A DNA stretch of 64,000 nt from Actinomycetota bacterium (GCA_013152275.1 JAADGS010000092.1:12793-76792); one strand, 5' to 3'. Shown: positions 34,699 to 45,170, numbered from the stretch's first letter. The notes: a model not told the origin generated them from the sequence alone. A program made the numbers and translations.

Positions 34699-35748
34699 AT
34701 GCAGCTCACGATGGAGCCACTCGAGGAGATCCTCGATCATGCCCGAGCCGCCGACGCCGCCGGCATCGACACCCTCTGGCTCGCCGAGGCCTATCCCTGG
34801 TGGCGCAAGCACGGCATGGAAGCCCGGTCCTCCACCGCTCTCTCCCCCGTCATCGCCCGCGAGACCTCGAAGATCGCCATCGGATGGGGCATCATCTCCC
34901 CCTATACGCGCCACCCACTCCAGATCGCGATGGAGGCGCGCGTCGTCCAGGAGGCGGCGGGGCCCGGCCGGTTCCTCCTCGGCCTGGGAGCATCGAAGAT
35001 CTTCATGAAGGAGGTGGCCTCCGGCGGTCGCACCGCTGCACGGCCACTCGCGGCCATCCGAGAAAGCATCGAGATCATCCGGGCCACGCTGTCCGGCAGC
35101 GCCCTCGAGTTCGACGGAACGGCGTTTTCGGCCCACATTCCCGCCCTGGCACCCGAAGCGGACGCGCCCGTGTGGCCGGTACCGATGTACATCGCCGCCA
35201 CCGGACCGAAGATGCTCGACATGGCCGGTGAGATCGCCGACGGGGTGCTGACCGCCAGTATCACCACTCCCGAATTCGTCCGATACGCCAAGGAGAAGGC
35301 TCGCATCGGTGCGCTCCGGGCCGGTCGCGACATCGACGACATCGACATCGGGTGCACCATCGTGGCAAGCATCGACGAGGATCGGGATCGAGGTCGTGAC
35401 GGTGCGCGCGAGATCGCGGGGATGTATCTTGCCAACAAGGTACAGAACATTCGCGGGTCCGCCGATGTCCTCCTCGAGAAGGCCGGGCTGACCTTCGACG
35501 AGATTCGCCCGGTCGCGGCCGCGATGGAACGCGGGGGGCGTCTGGCTGCGAAAGAAGAGGTCACCGACGAGATTCTCGACAAGGTCCATCCCATTGCCGG
35601 CACACCGCAAGACTGTGTCGCCGCCATCGAGGAGTACCGGGCGGCAGGTTGCACCCACATCATGCTGGAACTCTGGGGTGCCGACCGTGTGCGCCAACTC
35701 GAGCTGTTCGGATCAGACGTGCTACCCAAGGTAAGGGCAGTCGAATGA
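34699..35748 (+). CDS. Luciferase-like monooxygenase (LLM) family flavin/F420-dependent oxidoreductase
   Basis: TIM-barrel LLM motifs (LWLAEAY..., and the C-terminal IAGTPQDCVAAIEEYRAAGCTHIML). ATG at 34699; a possible GTG at 34672. Its stop overlaps the next start (ATGA). Confidence 0.8.
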   Translation: MQLTMEPLEEILDHARAADAAGIDTLWLAEAYPWWRKHGMEARSSTALSPVIARETSKIAIGWGIISPYTRHPLQIAMEARVVQEAAGPGRFLLGLGASKIFMKEVASGGRTAARPLAAIRESIEIIRATLSGSALEFDGTAFSAHIPALAPEADAPVWPVPMYIAATGPKMLDMAGEIADGVLTASITTPEFVRYAKEKARIGALRAGRDIDDIDIGCTIVASIDEDRDRGRDGAREIAGMYLANKVQNIRGSADVLLEKAGLTFDEIRPVAAAMERGGRLAAKEEVTDEILDKVHPIAGTPQDCVAAIEEYRAAGCTHIMLELWGADRVRQLELFGSDVLPKVRAVE

Positions 35749-36995
35749 TCCCGGCCGACGCGATCCGCCTCGTCGGTGAGGCGGTGGACCGAGACCGACT
35801 CGTCGAAACGGCCATGGAACTCGTTGCCATTCCCAGCCCGACCGGCCGGGAAGAGGAGGCAGCCGCCTACCTCTGCACCGTCTTCTCCGATCTCGGGCTC
35901 ACCACGATCCAACAGCGAATCGAGCCCGGGCGCGCGAACGCGGTCGGCCGGCTCGCCGGGGCGGGCGTCGGGCGATCGCTCATGTTCAACGGACACCTCG
36001 ACACGTCCTATTCGGGGGACGAACCGTGGTTGAAAGGCCCAGGTTTCAAGCCGGATCCGATCATCCGAGACGACGCCATCCTCGGGCTCGGGATCATGAA
36101 CATGAAAGGTTCGGTCGCATGCTACGTCGAAGCCGTCCGTGCGATCCTCGACGCCGGCATCCGACTCGAGGGCGATGTCATCGTCGCCGGCGTCGCCGGA
36201 GAGATCGAAAAGGCGGAATGGAGCGATGCCTTCAAGGGTGCCGAATACCGCGGGTACGGAGTCGGGACGCGCCACCTGGTGACCCACGGCGTCCTCGCCG
36301 ATGCCTGCGTGCTCGGCGAGCCGACCGAGGAGAAGGTCGTCCTCGGGCATTTCGGAACGATGTGGGTTCGCATCTCGACGCAAGGACCCTTCTTCCACTC
36401 CGCCTACAGCCAAGGCCGAATCCGCGAGAACTCGATCATCCGGATGCAGAGCGTCCTGGATGACATCACCGCGTGGATCCCCTCCTGGGAGAAACGATCC
36501 ACCTTCCACGGTGTCCCGGGTGTCGTCAACATCGGAGCGATCCGAGGAGGGTTCCCGTGGCGCGTCAGTCGAACTCCACACCAGACGGATCTGTTCCTCG
36601 ATGTCCGTGTCCCACCGACCATGCCGATGAAGGCTGCGGAGGCGGCGATCCGCGAGCTCGTACACGACCTCGATGAACGCCACCCGGAGTCGGGCATCGG
36701 GATGGAGGTCTACGTGACCGCCTGTGGAGCCGAGATCGATGCGGACCACCCCATCGTGGCGGCCATCGACCAGGCGCATCGAACGGCCTTCGGGAACGCT
36801 CCCGAGTACGGCTACGTGCGCTGGGCGTCCGACGCCTCCACGCTGCAGCGATACGACGTGCCGGCCGTGAACTACGGTCCGATCTCGTCGGCCCTTCCAG
36901 GGCCCGAAGGCGAGAGCGTTCCGATCGAGTCTCTCGTCAACATCGCGAAATCGTATGCAATGACAGCCGTCTCCTTCTGTGGGGTGAAAGCATGA
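35745..36995 (+). CDS. M20-family metallopeptidase / deacylase (ArgE/DapE/amidohydrolase-like)
   Basis: M20 metal-binding motifs (MFNGHLDT; GxxD region; GVAGEIEKAE). ATGA overlaps at both ends. Confidence 0.8.
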   Translation: MIPADAIRLVGEAVDRDRLVETAMELVAIPSPTGREEEAAAYLCTVFSDLGLTTIQQRIEPGRANAVGRLAGAGVGRSLMFNGHLDTSYSGDEPWLKGPGFKPDPIIRDDAILGLGIMNMKGSVACYVEAVRAILDAGIRLEGDVIVAGVAGEIEKAEWSDAFKGAEYRGYGVGTRHLVTHGVLADACVLGEPTEEKVVLGHFGTMWVRISTQGPFFHSAYSQGRIRENSIIRMQSVLDDITAWIPSWEKRSTFHGVPGVVNIGAIRGGFPWRVSRTPHQTDLFLDVRVPPTMPMKAAEAAIRELVHDLDERHPESGIGMEVYVTACGAEIDADHPIVAAIDQAHRTAFGNAPEYGYVRWASDASTLQRYDVPAVNYGPISSALPGPEGESVPIESLVNIAKSYAMTAVSFCGVKA

Positions 36996-37891
36996 AACTG
37001 ATCACGTTCGACGACCCGACCGGTACACGACACCCCGGTCTCATTCGCGACGATCGTGCAGTCGCCATCGATGCGCCCGACATGCGAAGCGTGTTCGAGA
37101 ACGGCAACGCCCAGGGAGATGCGGCGAACAGCCGAGGCCCGTCCTGGCCGCTCGCCGATGTCACACTCCGGGCGCCGATCATCCCGAAGAAGTTCTTCCA
37201 CACCGCCGGGAACTTTCGGGAGCACGAGGACGAGTCGAAGCGAGTCGGCTGGTCGCACGAGATCGCCCCATGGATCGTGTTCTTTCAGAATGTCGATGCC
37301 ATCATCGGGCCGGACGAACCGATCATCTACCCCTCCCACCTCACCTCGGAGCTCGACTACGAGTTGGAGCTCGCGATCGTCATCAAGAAGGCAGGCAAGC
37401 ACTTCGGCCCCGAGGAGGCCGAGGACTACATCGGCGGCTACCTGATCTTCAACGATGTCACGGCTCGTGACATCCAGCGAGTCGAGATGAAATCGGGTGT
37501 CTTCAGCTTCTGCAAGGCGATCGACACGTTCTGCCCGATCGGTCCGTGGATCGTGACGCCGGACGAGCTCGGAGACCCGCGCCAACTGGACATGCTGCTT
37601 CGCGTCAACGGAGAGACACGGCAGAAGTCACACTCCTCCAACATGACGGTCACGATCCCCCAGATCATCGCCCACTACTCCCCGCTCGGATACAGCCCCG
37701 GCGACATCGTCTCGACCGGGACGGTGGCAGGCGTCGCCGCGTTCCGAGCCGATGCAGAGGACTTCTACCTGCAACCGGGTGATCAGGTCGAATGCGAGAT
37801 CGAGAACATCGGGATTCTCGCGAACCCGATCATCTCGTGGGAACAGGCGTACGGAACCCCACCGCCGGCGACCAGGAGGCCAGGACCGTGA
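36992..37891 (+). CDS. Fumarylacetoacetate-hydrolase (FAH) family protein (2-keto-4-pentenoate hydratase / oxaloacetate decarboxylase-type fold)
   Basis: FAH core YELELAIVIKKAGKH...GGYLIFNDVTARDIQ...IDTFCPIGPWIVT. Stop overlaps the next start (GTGA). Confidence 0.85.
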   Translation: MKLITFDDPTGTRHPGLIRDDRAVAIDAPDMRSVFENGNAQGDAANSRGPSWPLADVTLRAPIIPKKFFHTAGNFREHEDESKRVGWSHEIAPWIVFFQNVDAIIGPDEPIIYPSHLTSELDYELELAIVIKKAGKHFGPEEAEDYIGGYLIFNDVTARDIQRVEMKSGVFSFCKAIDTFCPIGPWIVTPDELGDPRQLDMLLRVNGETRQKSHSSNMTVTIPQIIAHYSPLGYSPGDIVSTGTVAGVAAFRADAEDFYLQPGDQVECEIENIGILANPIISWEQAYGTPPPATRRPGP

Positions 37892-39057
37892 CCTATCCGA
37901 TCGACACCACGAAACTCGACCGGGTTCGGGCGTTGATGGCCGGCGACGGTCTGGATGCGCTCGTCGTTCGAGCTCCCGACAACGTCTGCTACCTGACCAA
38001 TTACTGGCCGATGAAGGGCTATGCCATGGCGGTCTTCCCTCGCGAGGGCGACCCGATCCTCATGGTCCTCGTACCCCAGGAGGAGGAAGCCCACGAGATG
38101 GCATGGACCTCCGACATCCACCTCTTCAACGGGTACGATCCCACAGATCCGCGACCACCGGCCGCCCGCTCACTCGACCGAACCCTGGAAGTCCTCCGTG
38201 AACGGGGCCTCACGGGGCGAATCGGGATCGAACGGTCCCAACTCTCCCAGGGCGCGGATCGGATGGCTGGAGAACCGACCGTGTTCACCGAGGCATACTT
38301 CCGTGCCTTCGACGGCGTCGCCGAGGAGGTCGTCGATGCCGTCCCACTCCTCACTCGCGCCCGGCTGATCAAGACCCCCCAGGAGATCGAGCGGATGGGC
38401 ATCGCCAATGAGCTTGCCGCCCTCGCCCTGGAACATTGCCGGGAGCGCATCCGCGTCGGAATGAGCACCGCCGAACTCGGCGCCCTCTGGGAAGGTCACG
38501 TCCACGAGGTGGGCGTCGGGTATGACGACAAGGTGCTCATGGCCCGCGGCTTCTCGCTCGTCTGGTCCGGAGACGGGATCCGCACCTTCACGCCGACCAA
38601 GGGGGAGCCTGTCGTCTCCGACGAGCCCACGCTCTTCGAGATCTGGGTCTGTGCCGACGGATACTGGAACGACCTCACGAAGAATCTGCTCGTGGGTACC
38701 CTCACTCCCCGCTATGACCGACTCCTCGACGACCTCCTGGCCGTCTTCCGGCGCGCGATCGAGTACGCGAGACCGGGCGTCCCCCTGGCCGGACTCGACC
38801 GGATCATTCGGGAAGGCATCGTCGAGGCAGGGTACGATTCGCCCTCTCACCCGGTCTCGCACGGTGTCGGTACCCGAGCACACGAGGCACCATGGCCCCA
38901 CCAGGCGGGTGAAGGCATGATCGAGGAGGGAATGGTGCTCGCCATCGAACCCGGGACATACTTCCCAGGAGGCGGCGGGCTCCGCCTCGAAGACAACTTC
39001 CTCATCACCGCCGACGGTGCCAGAAAACTCTGCCGGTACGAGGACGACTTCCGATGA
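37888..39057 (+). CDS. M24-family metallopeptidase (creatinase/prolidase/ectoine-hydrolase-like)
   Basis: Creatinase_N-like N-domain and a pita-bread catalytic domain with metal ligands (HGVGTRAHE; EPGTYF). GTG start at 37888. Confidence 0.8.
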   Translation: MTYPIDTTKLDRVRALMAGDGLDALVVRAPDNVCYLTNYWPMKGYAMAVFPREGDPILMVLVPQEEEAHEMAWTSDIHLFNGYDPTDPRPPAARSLDRTLEVLRERGLTGRIGIERSQLSQGADRMAGEPTVFTEAYFRAFDGVAEEVVDAVPLLTRARLIKTPQEIERMGIANELAALALEHCRERIRVGMSTAELGALWEGHVHEVGVGYDDKVLMARGFSLVWSGDGIRTFTPTKGEPVVSDEPTLFEIWVCADGYWNDLTKNLLVGTLTPRYDRLLDDLLAVFRRAIEYARPGVPLAGLDRIIREGIVEAGYDSPSHPVSHGVGTRAHEAPWPHQAGEGMIEEGMVLAIEPGTYFPGGGGLRLEDNFLITADGARKLCRYEDDFR

Positions 39058-40238
39058 TCGACCGATCCCGAGTCTGGACCGGCACACTCAACGAGAAAGC
39101 CATCGATCGTCCTCTCGGTCATGTCGGTATCTACGACACGAGCCTGCGCGACGGCGAGCAGGCCGTCGGGTGCGTCCTCGGCGCCGAACTGAAACTCGAG
39201 ATCGCCCGTGCACTCGACACACTGGGCGTCGACCGGATCGAGGCCGGCTTCCCGAGAGTGACGCCCGAGGATGCCCGCGCCTACGAGCTCATCATGGCCG
39301 ATGGCCTCGACGCCGAGATCTGGGGATTCTCCCGTGCGGTCCCCGCCGACGTGGAGCAGCTCACCGAACTCGGCGTCGGTTCTGCGGTCATCGAGGCGCC
39401 GGTCAGCGACGGCAAGCTCGCCGCCTACGGCCTCGACCGGGCGAAGGTGACCGAACGGGTCGTTCGGGCGGTCGAATATGCCACCGGGCACGGCGTCACG
39501 GTATGTTTCTTCGGAGTCGACGGCTCCCGCGCCGATCCGGTCTTCATGGAACGTATCTATCGGGCGGCGGTGGACGCGGGTGCGGCCGAGGTCGCCATGG
39601 TCGACACCCTCGGCGTCGCATCCCCGGAAGCGGTCACACTGCTCGTCGAACGGTGCCGCGCGTGGGTGGGCCCCGACATCCCGATCCACTGGCACGGCCA
39701 CAACGACTTCGCCCTCGCCGTCGCGGGCTCTCTCGCGGCCGTCCGGGCCGGCGCCTCCTGGGTGCAAGGGTCGATCAACGGAATGGGGGAACGAGCGGGC
39801 AACACCGACCTCGGAGAGTTCGCGCTCGCCCTCGAAGCACTCTACGGCGGTTCCACACGACTGCGATTCGAGCGGATGACCGCCGTCGCCGGTCTCATCC
39901 AGGAACTCTCCGGCTACGACCTCGCACCGTGGAAGGCGGTCACCGGAAAGAACCTCTTCGTGCGGGAGTCGGGAGCCGTCGCCATGCAGTTTCACGAGCC
40001 GGCCGCCGTGGAACCGTACTCCTGCGAACTCGTCGGAGCCGAACGCGGGATCGTCCTCGGCAAGAAGAGTGGAATCGTGAGCATCCGCATCAAAGCCGTC
40101 GAGCTCGGCATCGACCTCCCCGACGAACTCGAAGCCGCAGTGCTCGCGGACGTCAAGGCCCTCGGATCGGCCAAACGAGACCTCGTGACCGACGCCGAGT
40201 TCCGACATATCGTCGCCCACCGCCAAGAGCAGGGGTGA
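39054..40238 (+). CDS. DRE-TIM metallolyase (HMGL-like / 2-isopropylmalate-homocitrate-citramalate synthase family; pyruvate carboxyltransferase domain)
   Basis: IYDTSLRDGEQA catalytic motif and HxH metal motif (IHWHGHNDFALAVA). 394 aa. ATGA overlap with the previous gene. Confidence 0.8.
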   Translation: MIDRSRVWTGTLNEKAIDRPLGHVGIYDTSLRDGEQAVGCVLGAELKLEIARALDTLGVDRIEAGFPRVTPEDARAYELIMADGLDAEIWGFSRAVPADVEQLTELGVGSAVIEAPVSDGKLAAYGLDRAKVTERVVRAVEYATGHGVTVCFFGVDGSRADPVFMERIYRAAVDAGAAEVAMVDTLGVASPEAVTLLVERCRAWVGPDIPIHWHGHNDFALAVAGSLAAVRAGASWVQGSINGMGERAGNTDLGEFALALEALYGGSTRLRFERMTAVAGLIQELSGYDLAPWKAVTGKNLFVRESGAVAMQFHEPAAVEPYSCELVGAERGIVLGKKSGIVSIRIKAVELGIDLPDELEAAVLADVKALGSAKRDLVTDAEFRHIVAHRQEQG

Positions 40239-40242
40239 GCCG

Positions 40243-41193
40243 ATGACCTTGGCGAGGATCTGTGTCGTCGGGGCAGGGACGATCGGCTCGCTCTGTGCCG
40301 GCCATCTGGCTCGCGTCGCCGATGTCTCGATCCTCGTGCGGCGCCCGGAGCAGGCCCGAGCACTCAACGGCGCGGGGCTCCGTATCTCCGGCAAGTCGGA
40401 CTTCACGGTACGCGTGCACGCCACGACCGATCCCGCCACCCTTCCCGAGTTCGACCTTGCCATCGTCGCCACGAAGGCTCCACACGTCGCAACCGCCGTG
40501 TCTTCTCTCACCGGACACTCTCCCGATGCCACCGTCATGTCGATACAGAACGGTCTCGGCGTGGAAGAGGTCATCCGTCGCCACGGCCCGTGGCGGCTCA
40601 TCTCGGCGGTGACCTTCATGAGCGGTACTCGACGTGACGATCGCCACGTCGAGTACGAACTGGACACCGCCACGTGGATGGGGCCCTACGCCGGCACGTC
40701 CACACCGCTCCCCGACGTCGAGGACGTCGGGCGTCTGTTCCAGGAAGCCGGGCTCCGTGTCGAAGTGCTCGCCGACCTGCGCCCCGCCCAGTGGTCCAAG
40801 CTGATCTTCAATTCCGCAGTCAACGGTGTGGCGGCCGTCACCGACCTCCCGCATGTGGCCCTGTTCGCACGGCGCGATCGTGAGAGCGACCTCGGACATC
40901 TCGTCCACGACCTCATGGAGGAAGGCCTACAGGTGGCAGCGGCGCAAGGCCTGACCCTCTGGGAAGACCCGTGGAAGATGAATGTCGAAGCCGTCAGCCG
41001 CGGGAGCACACTCGCCGAGGACTACGCACACGTCCCGTCGATGCTTGCCGACGTCCGGGCCGGGCGCCGCACCGAGGCAGACTTCATCCAGGGCTCACTT
41101 GTGCGGGAGGCGGCCCTGGCCGGCGTGGCGGTGCCGTTGACCACCGCTCTGTACCGGCTCGTGAAGGCACGCGACCGCTCGTTCGACGACTGA
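40243..41193 (+). CDS. 2-dehydropantoate 2-reductase family (ApbA/PanE, ketopantoate reductase fold) oxidoreductase, paralog 1
   Basis: N-terminal ICVVGAGTIGSL Rossmann motif and the ApbA_C domain. Confidence 0.8.
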   Translation: MTLARICVVGAGTIGSLCAGHLARVADVSILVRRPEQARALNGAGLRISGKSDFTVRVHATTDPATLPEFDLAIVATKAPHVATAVSSLTGHSPDATVMSIQNGLGVEEVIRRHGPWRLISAVTFMSGTRRDDRHVEYELDTATWMGPYAGTSTPLPDVEDVGRLFQEAGLRVEVLADLRPAQWSKLIFNSAVNGVAAVTDLPHVALFARRDRESDLGHLVHDLMEEGLQVAAAQGLTLWEDPWKMNVEAVSRGSTLAEDYAHVPSMLADVRAGRRTEADFIQGSLVREAALAGVAVPLTTALYRLVKARDRSFDD

Positions 41194-41205
41194 GGAAGGA
41201 TCGAT

Positions 41206-42129
41206 GTGAAGATCGGGATCATTGGATGTGGCGCAGTCGGAAGCCTGTTCGCCGCACATCTTGCCGCACTCGACGACGTCGAAGTCTGGATCTTCGACGT
41301 CTGGCGGGAGCACGTGGAAGCGATCGAGCGCGACGGCTTGCGGCTGACCGGAATCGGAGAGCTTCACACGCGACCACGAGCCACGGCCGACGCGAACAGG
41401 CTTCCCGCACTCGACTTCGGCATCGTGGCCACCAAGGGCCTCTACACCCGCGACGCCATCGCCGCATCTGCCCACGCGTTCGCCGATGCCGCCGTCTGCT
41501 CGGTGCAGAACGGCGTCGGCAATGAGGAAGTCATCGCCGAGTACGTGCCGCGCGTGATCCGGGGGACGACGTTCCCGGCGGGACGCGTCACCGCCCCGGG
41601 TCTCGTGCAGTGGGATGCGGCAGGAAAGACCTGGATCGGCCCCTTCGAGCCGAAACCGGCGTCCATGGAGGATGTCACCCGACTGGCCGAAACGCTGACA
41701 CGCTCCGGCATGGAGACCGAGGCACTTGCGGATGCTCGCGGAGCACAGTGGACGAAACTCATCTTCAACGCGGCATCGAACGCCCTGTGCTCCTTGACGC
41801 ACCTCCCCCACGGCCGGGCCGCCCTGCACCCCGACGTTCGCTGGGTGATGGACGCGGTCATCGCCGAGGGCAAGACGGTCGCCGACGCACTCGGCATCAC
41901 GATGGAGAAGGATCCCGCGGATCTGCTCGAGGAGAGCATCGCCGTCGCACTCGATCACAAGCCGAGCATGCTCCAGGACGTCTCCTCACGGCGCCGCACC
42001 GAGATCGATCAGCTCAACGGAGGGATCTGCCGCTTCGGTGACGAGGTCGGGATCGCGACACCGTTCAACCGCACCGCCTGGTATCTCGTCCGAGGTCTCG
42101 AAGCCTCGTGGCAACTGGAGGAGACATGA
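41206..42129 (+). CDS. 2-dehydropantoate 2-reductase family (ApbA/PanE) oxidoreductase, paralog 2
   Basis: IGIIGCGAVGSL Rossmann motif. Same architecture as the previous gene; tandem paralogs. Confidence 0.8.
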   Translation: MKIGIIGCGAVGSLFAAHLAALDDVEVWIFDVWREHVEAIERDGLRLTGIGELHTRPRATADANRLPALDFGIVATKGLYTRDAIAASAHAFADAAVCSVQNGVGNEEVIAEYVPRVIRGTTFPAGRVTAPGLVQWDAAGKTWIGPFEPKPASMEDVTRLAETLTRSGMETEALADARGAQWTKLIFNAASNALCSLTHLPHGRAALHPDVRWVMDAVIAEGKTVADALGITMEKDPADLLEESIAVALDHKPSMLQDVSSRRRTEIDQLNGGICRFGDEVGIATPFNRTAWYLVRGLEASWQLEET

Positions 42130-43277
42130 CGACGCCCACACCCAGCCGTGCCGAGATCGACCGCCGCCACCGCGTGATCCGTGATGCGCTCGCCCGCGAC
42201 GATCTCGACGCCCTCGTCGTCGCCGGCTCCGAGTACACCGGCTTCGAGGGGGCAATCCGATGGGTCTCGGGATTTCGGATGGTGCACCGCTATGCGTATG
42301 CGGTGGTGCCGCGAGACGGAGATCCGATCGCCGTGTTCCCCACCGAGGCCAGATGGGTGGGCAGGCATGCGGAGTGTTGGCTCGACGAACAGGTCTTCGC
42401 GGACATACCCGGTTTGTGGATCCGCCAACTCGCACAGGCACGGGGATGGCGCCGTATCGGCGTGTACGGTGTCAACTTCATCATGCCGGTACGTGACCAC
42501 GTCGCGCTCACGGCGGGAAACGTCGAGATCGTCGACTACGACGTCGAGTTCGATCTCATCCGTGCGGTCAAGAGCGAGGAGGAGCTCACGTTCGTCCGCT
42601 CGAGCTTCGATCTCAACGAGCAAGGATTCTGGGAGGTTCTCGACGCCTACGAACCCGGGAAGACGGAAGCGGAGATCATGGCCCCCGCCGAGGCGTTCTT
42701 CGTCGCTCACGGCACCACCCGCACGACGATGAACATGGTCCTTTCGGGCAGGCACGGCACGGCCGGCCCGGAGTTCAAACACCCCGATCCGTCGCGTCCC
42801 GTTGCGGCCGACGACCTCCTCCTCTACTCGATCGAGATCGCCGGCCCATCCGGATACTGGGCCGAGTTCGCCCGCCCGATCTGCGCCGGCGGCCTCGCCT
42901 CCCCCACGATCGAGATCATGGCCGCATATCAGGACTGTTTCGAGCGGGCCCGCACGACCCTGCGCGCCGGCAACACCGCCCACGACGTCCACACCGCCGT
43001 CTTCGGGGCCTTCGCGGGTCTCGACGTCAAGGCGGGCCACGTGACCGGGCATTCGATCGACATGATCATGGTGGCGCATCCGCGCATCGGAGTCGGTGTC
43101 GAGACCGTGCTCGAGGAGAACATGATCATCTCCATCCACCCCCACATCGTGACGAACGACGAGCGCCATTGCCTCTACGTGCAAGAGACGTTCCGGGTCA
43201 CCGCGTCGGGCGGGAAGCAGCTCTCGGGGGTTCCCATCGTGAGCTTCGACGGATCCGAACGAAGGAAGGCGCCGTGA
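42126..43277 (+). CDS. M24-family metallopeptidase, second copy (creatinase/prolidase fold)
   Basis: Start MTTPTPSRAEIDRRH overlaps the PanE2 stop (ATGA). Pita-bread domain metal ligands (VTGHSID; HPHI). Confidence 0.75.
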   Translation: MTTPTPSRAEIDRRHRVIRDALARDDLDALVVAGSEYTGFEGAIRWVSGFRMVHRYAYAVVPRDGDPIAVFPTEARWVGRHAECWLDEQVFADIPGLWIRQLAQARGWRRIGVYGVNFIMPVRDHVALTAGNVEIVDYDVEFDLIRAVKSEEELTFVRSSFDLNEQGFWEVLDAYEPGKTEAEIMAPAEAFFVAHGTTRTTMNMVLSGRHGTAGPEFKHPDPSRPVAADDLLLYSIEIAGPSGYWAEFARPICAGGLASPTIEIMAAYQDCFERARTTLRAGNTAHDVHTAVFGAFAGLDVKAGHVTGHSIDMIMVAHPRIGVGVETVLEENMIISIHPHIVTNDERHCLYVQETFRVTASGGKQLSGVPIVSFDGSERRKAP

Positions 43278-43305
43278 CACGCGAAACGGCCCGTGGCCGG
43301 CACGC

Positions 43306-44886
43306 TCAGCTCAACGCCTTGCCGACCAGGTACCCGGAGTTTCCTCCCAGCCCCGGCCCCGGATGTGTCGACGCGCCGATGTGGAAGACGTTCTTGATCG
43401 CCGTGCGATGCCCCCGACTACCGGGAAACGGTCGCCAGAGGAGGAACTGATCGATCGTGCACGACCCCGAGTAGGGGTCGCCGCCGACGAGGTTCACATT
43501 GAGCGACTCGAGGTCCGCCGGCGAGAATGTCCGGCGGCCGACGACGATCTCATCCAGGTTCTCGATGTGCTCGGCGAGCCGTGCCTGGATGCGGTCGGCG
43601 TACGCCTCGCGCACCTCCACGTTCCACCGGCCATCGGCCGGAACGTCGATCTCCCCGGCAGCATCCCCGTCGATCTTCGAGGGCAGCTCCTGGAGCTGGA
43701 TCCACAGGACCGCACCGCCCTGCGGCGCCCGCGAAGGATCCAGTACCGTCGGCTGCCCGACGACGACCGTCGCACGGGCCGGGAGTAGCCCGCGTTCGGC
43801 TTCGTTCACCGCTCGGGAGACCCCATCGAGCCCGTCGGTGAGATGCACCAGGGCGACGCTGCCCATCTCCGGGTCCGACCACACGGGCGACGCGCCGAGC
43901 GCGAAGTGGATCTGCATGGCGGCCCTGCCGTACCGGTAGGCGCGAGCCGACCCGGCGACCGCCTCCGGGACGACTTCCGAGGGAAGAAGGCGCCCATAGA
44001 GCTGCGTGGGCGTGACGTTGCATACCACCGCATCTCCGGCCTCGTAGACGTCCCCGTCGACCGTGCGCACACCGCCGGCCTTCCCGCCGACGAGAAGGAC
44101 TTCCGCAACCTCCACGCCGGTCCGCATCACCCCGCCCCGCTCCTCGACCATGGAGCGGAAGACCTCGGTGATCCGTTCACTTCCACCGACCACGACGGGG
44201 AGGCCGCCCATCTCGAGGGCGGCGATGATGATCTTGCCGATGAGACCCGAGAACGCCTGGTCCGGCCCGAGCCCGTTGTGAAGAACCCACGGAGCGATGA
44301 GAGCCCGCACCGTCTCGGACCGGATATCGCGCTCCAGCCACGCCCGGCAGGTCTCGAGCCCCTCACCAAAGAACGCTGCGACCCCCTTCACACTCCGGCG
44401 TCGCGCCTCCTTCATGAGAAGCTTCGCCGTCGAACGCGACCAGATCTCATTCCCGAGGAGACCAAAGGAGATCGCGGCGTCCCGTTCGAGGAACCTGTCC
44501 ATCGCAGCCGCGAAACGGTCCCCGTCGCCGTCGCCGGCATCGTTCATGCGGCGAACGTTCTCGGCCCGGTCCGTTCCAAAGACGAGGCTGCGGCCATCGG
44601 GGAGCAGAACCCCGGTCGGCGTCGTCGTGTTCTCCAAGACGAGCCCCCTGTCATGGAGCTCCTCACCGAGCTCCGCGTAGGCGGGGCCGCCGGTGAACAA
44701 TGGGTACCACGACGAAAGGACGTCGTGGCTGAAGCCGGGAAAGAGCTCCTCGGTCCGGATGCAGCCGCCGAGGCGCTCGTTGCGTTCGAGCACCGCGACC
44801 CGCTTCCCCGCCCGTGCGAGAATCGCCGCGCATACCAGCGAGTTCATCCCGCTGCCCACGATGACGATGTCGTACCGGTCAGCCAT
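43306..44886 (-). CDS. Phytoene-desaturase-family (CrtI-like, COG1233) FAD-dependent oxidoreductase, paralog 1
   Basis: N-terminal DIVIVGSGMNSLVCAAILARAG FAD motif. 526 aa, with a C-terminal GASTHPGPGLGG motif. Confidence 0.8.
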   Translation of the reverse strand: MADRYDIVIVGSGMNSLVCAAILARAGKRVAVLERNERLGGCIRTEELFPGFSHDVLSSWYPLFTGGPAYAELGEELHDRGLVLENTTTPTGVLLPDGRSLVFGTDRAENVRRMNDAGDGDGDRFAAAMDRFLERDAAISFGLLGNEIWSRSTAKLLMKEARRRSVKGVAAFFGEGLETCRAWLERDIRSETVRALIAPWVLHNGLGPDQAFSGLIGKIIIAALEMGGLPVVVGGSERITEVFRSMVEERGGVMRTGVEVAEVLLVGGKAGGVRTVDGDVYEAGDAVVCNVTPTQLYGRLLPSEVVPEAVAGSARAYRYGRAAMQIHFALGASPVWSDPEMGSVALVHLTDGLDGVSRAVNEAERGLLPARATVVVGQPTVLDPSRAPQGGAVLWIQLQELPSKIDGDAAGEIDVPADGRWNVEVREAYADRIQARLAEHIENLDEIVVGRRTFSPADLESLNVNLVGGDPYSGSCTIDQFLLWRPFPGSRGHRTAIKNVFHIGASTHPGPGLGGNSGYLVGKALS

Positions 44887-45170
44887 GCGTCCTCCCGTTC
44901 CCTCGGTTCTCCACCAAGAACGTCACCCATCGCCCGAGTCCCGCCGTGACGGCCCCCGAGGGGGTCGGGCTCACAGAACACGAACGAACTCGACCGCCCG
45001 GCTTCTCCGACGACCGTGCAACGATCTGCATCGAGGACACCCCAGGATCGGCGTGTCCCTCTCGACGTCCGGCGAACGACCTGCCGTGTCGCGATGCCGG
45101 CCCACCGGTCACGACGACGGAGCCGCCACAGAACCCGAAAGACCTGTGTCGGACGCGCCGCATGGGCGGC

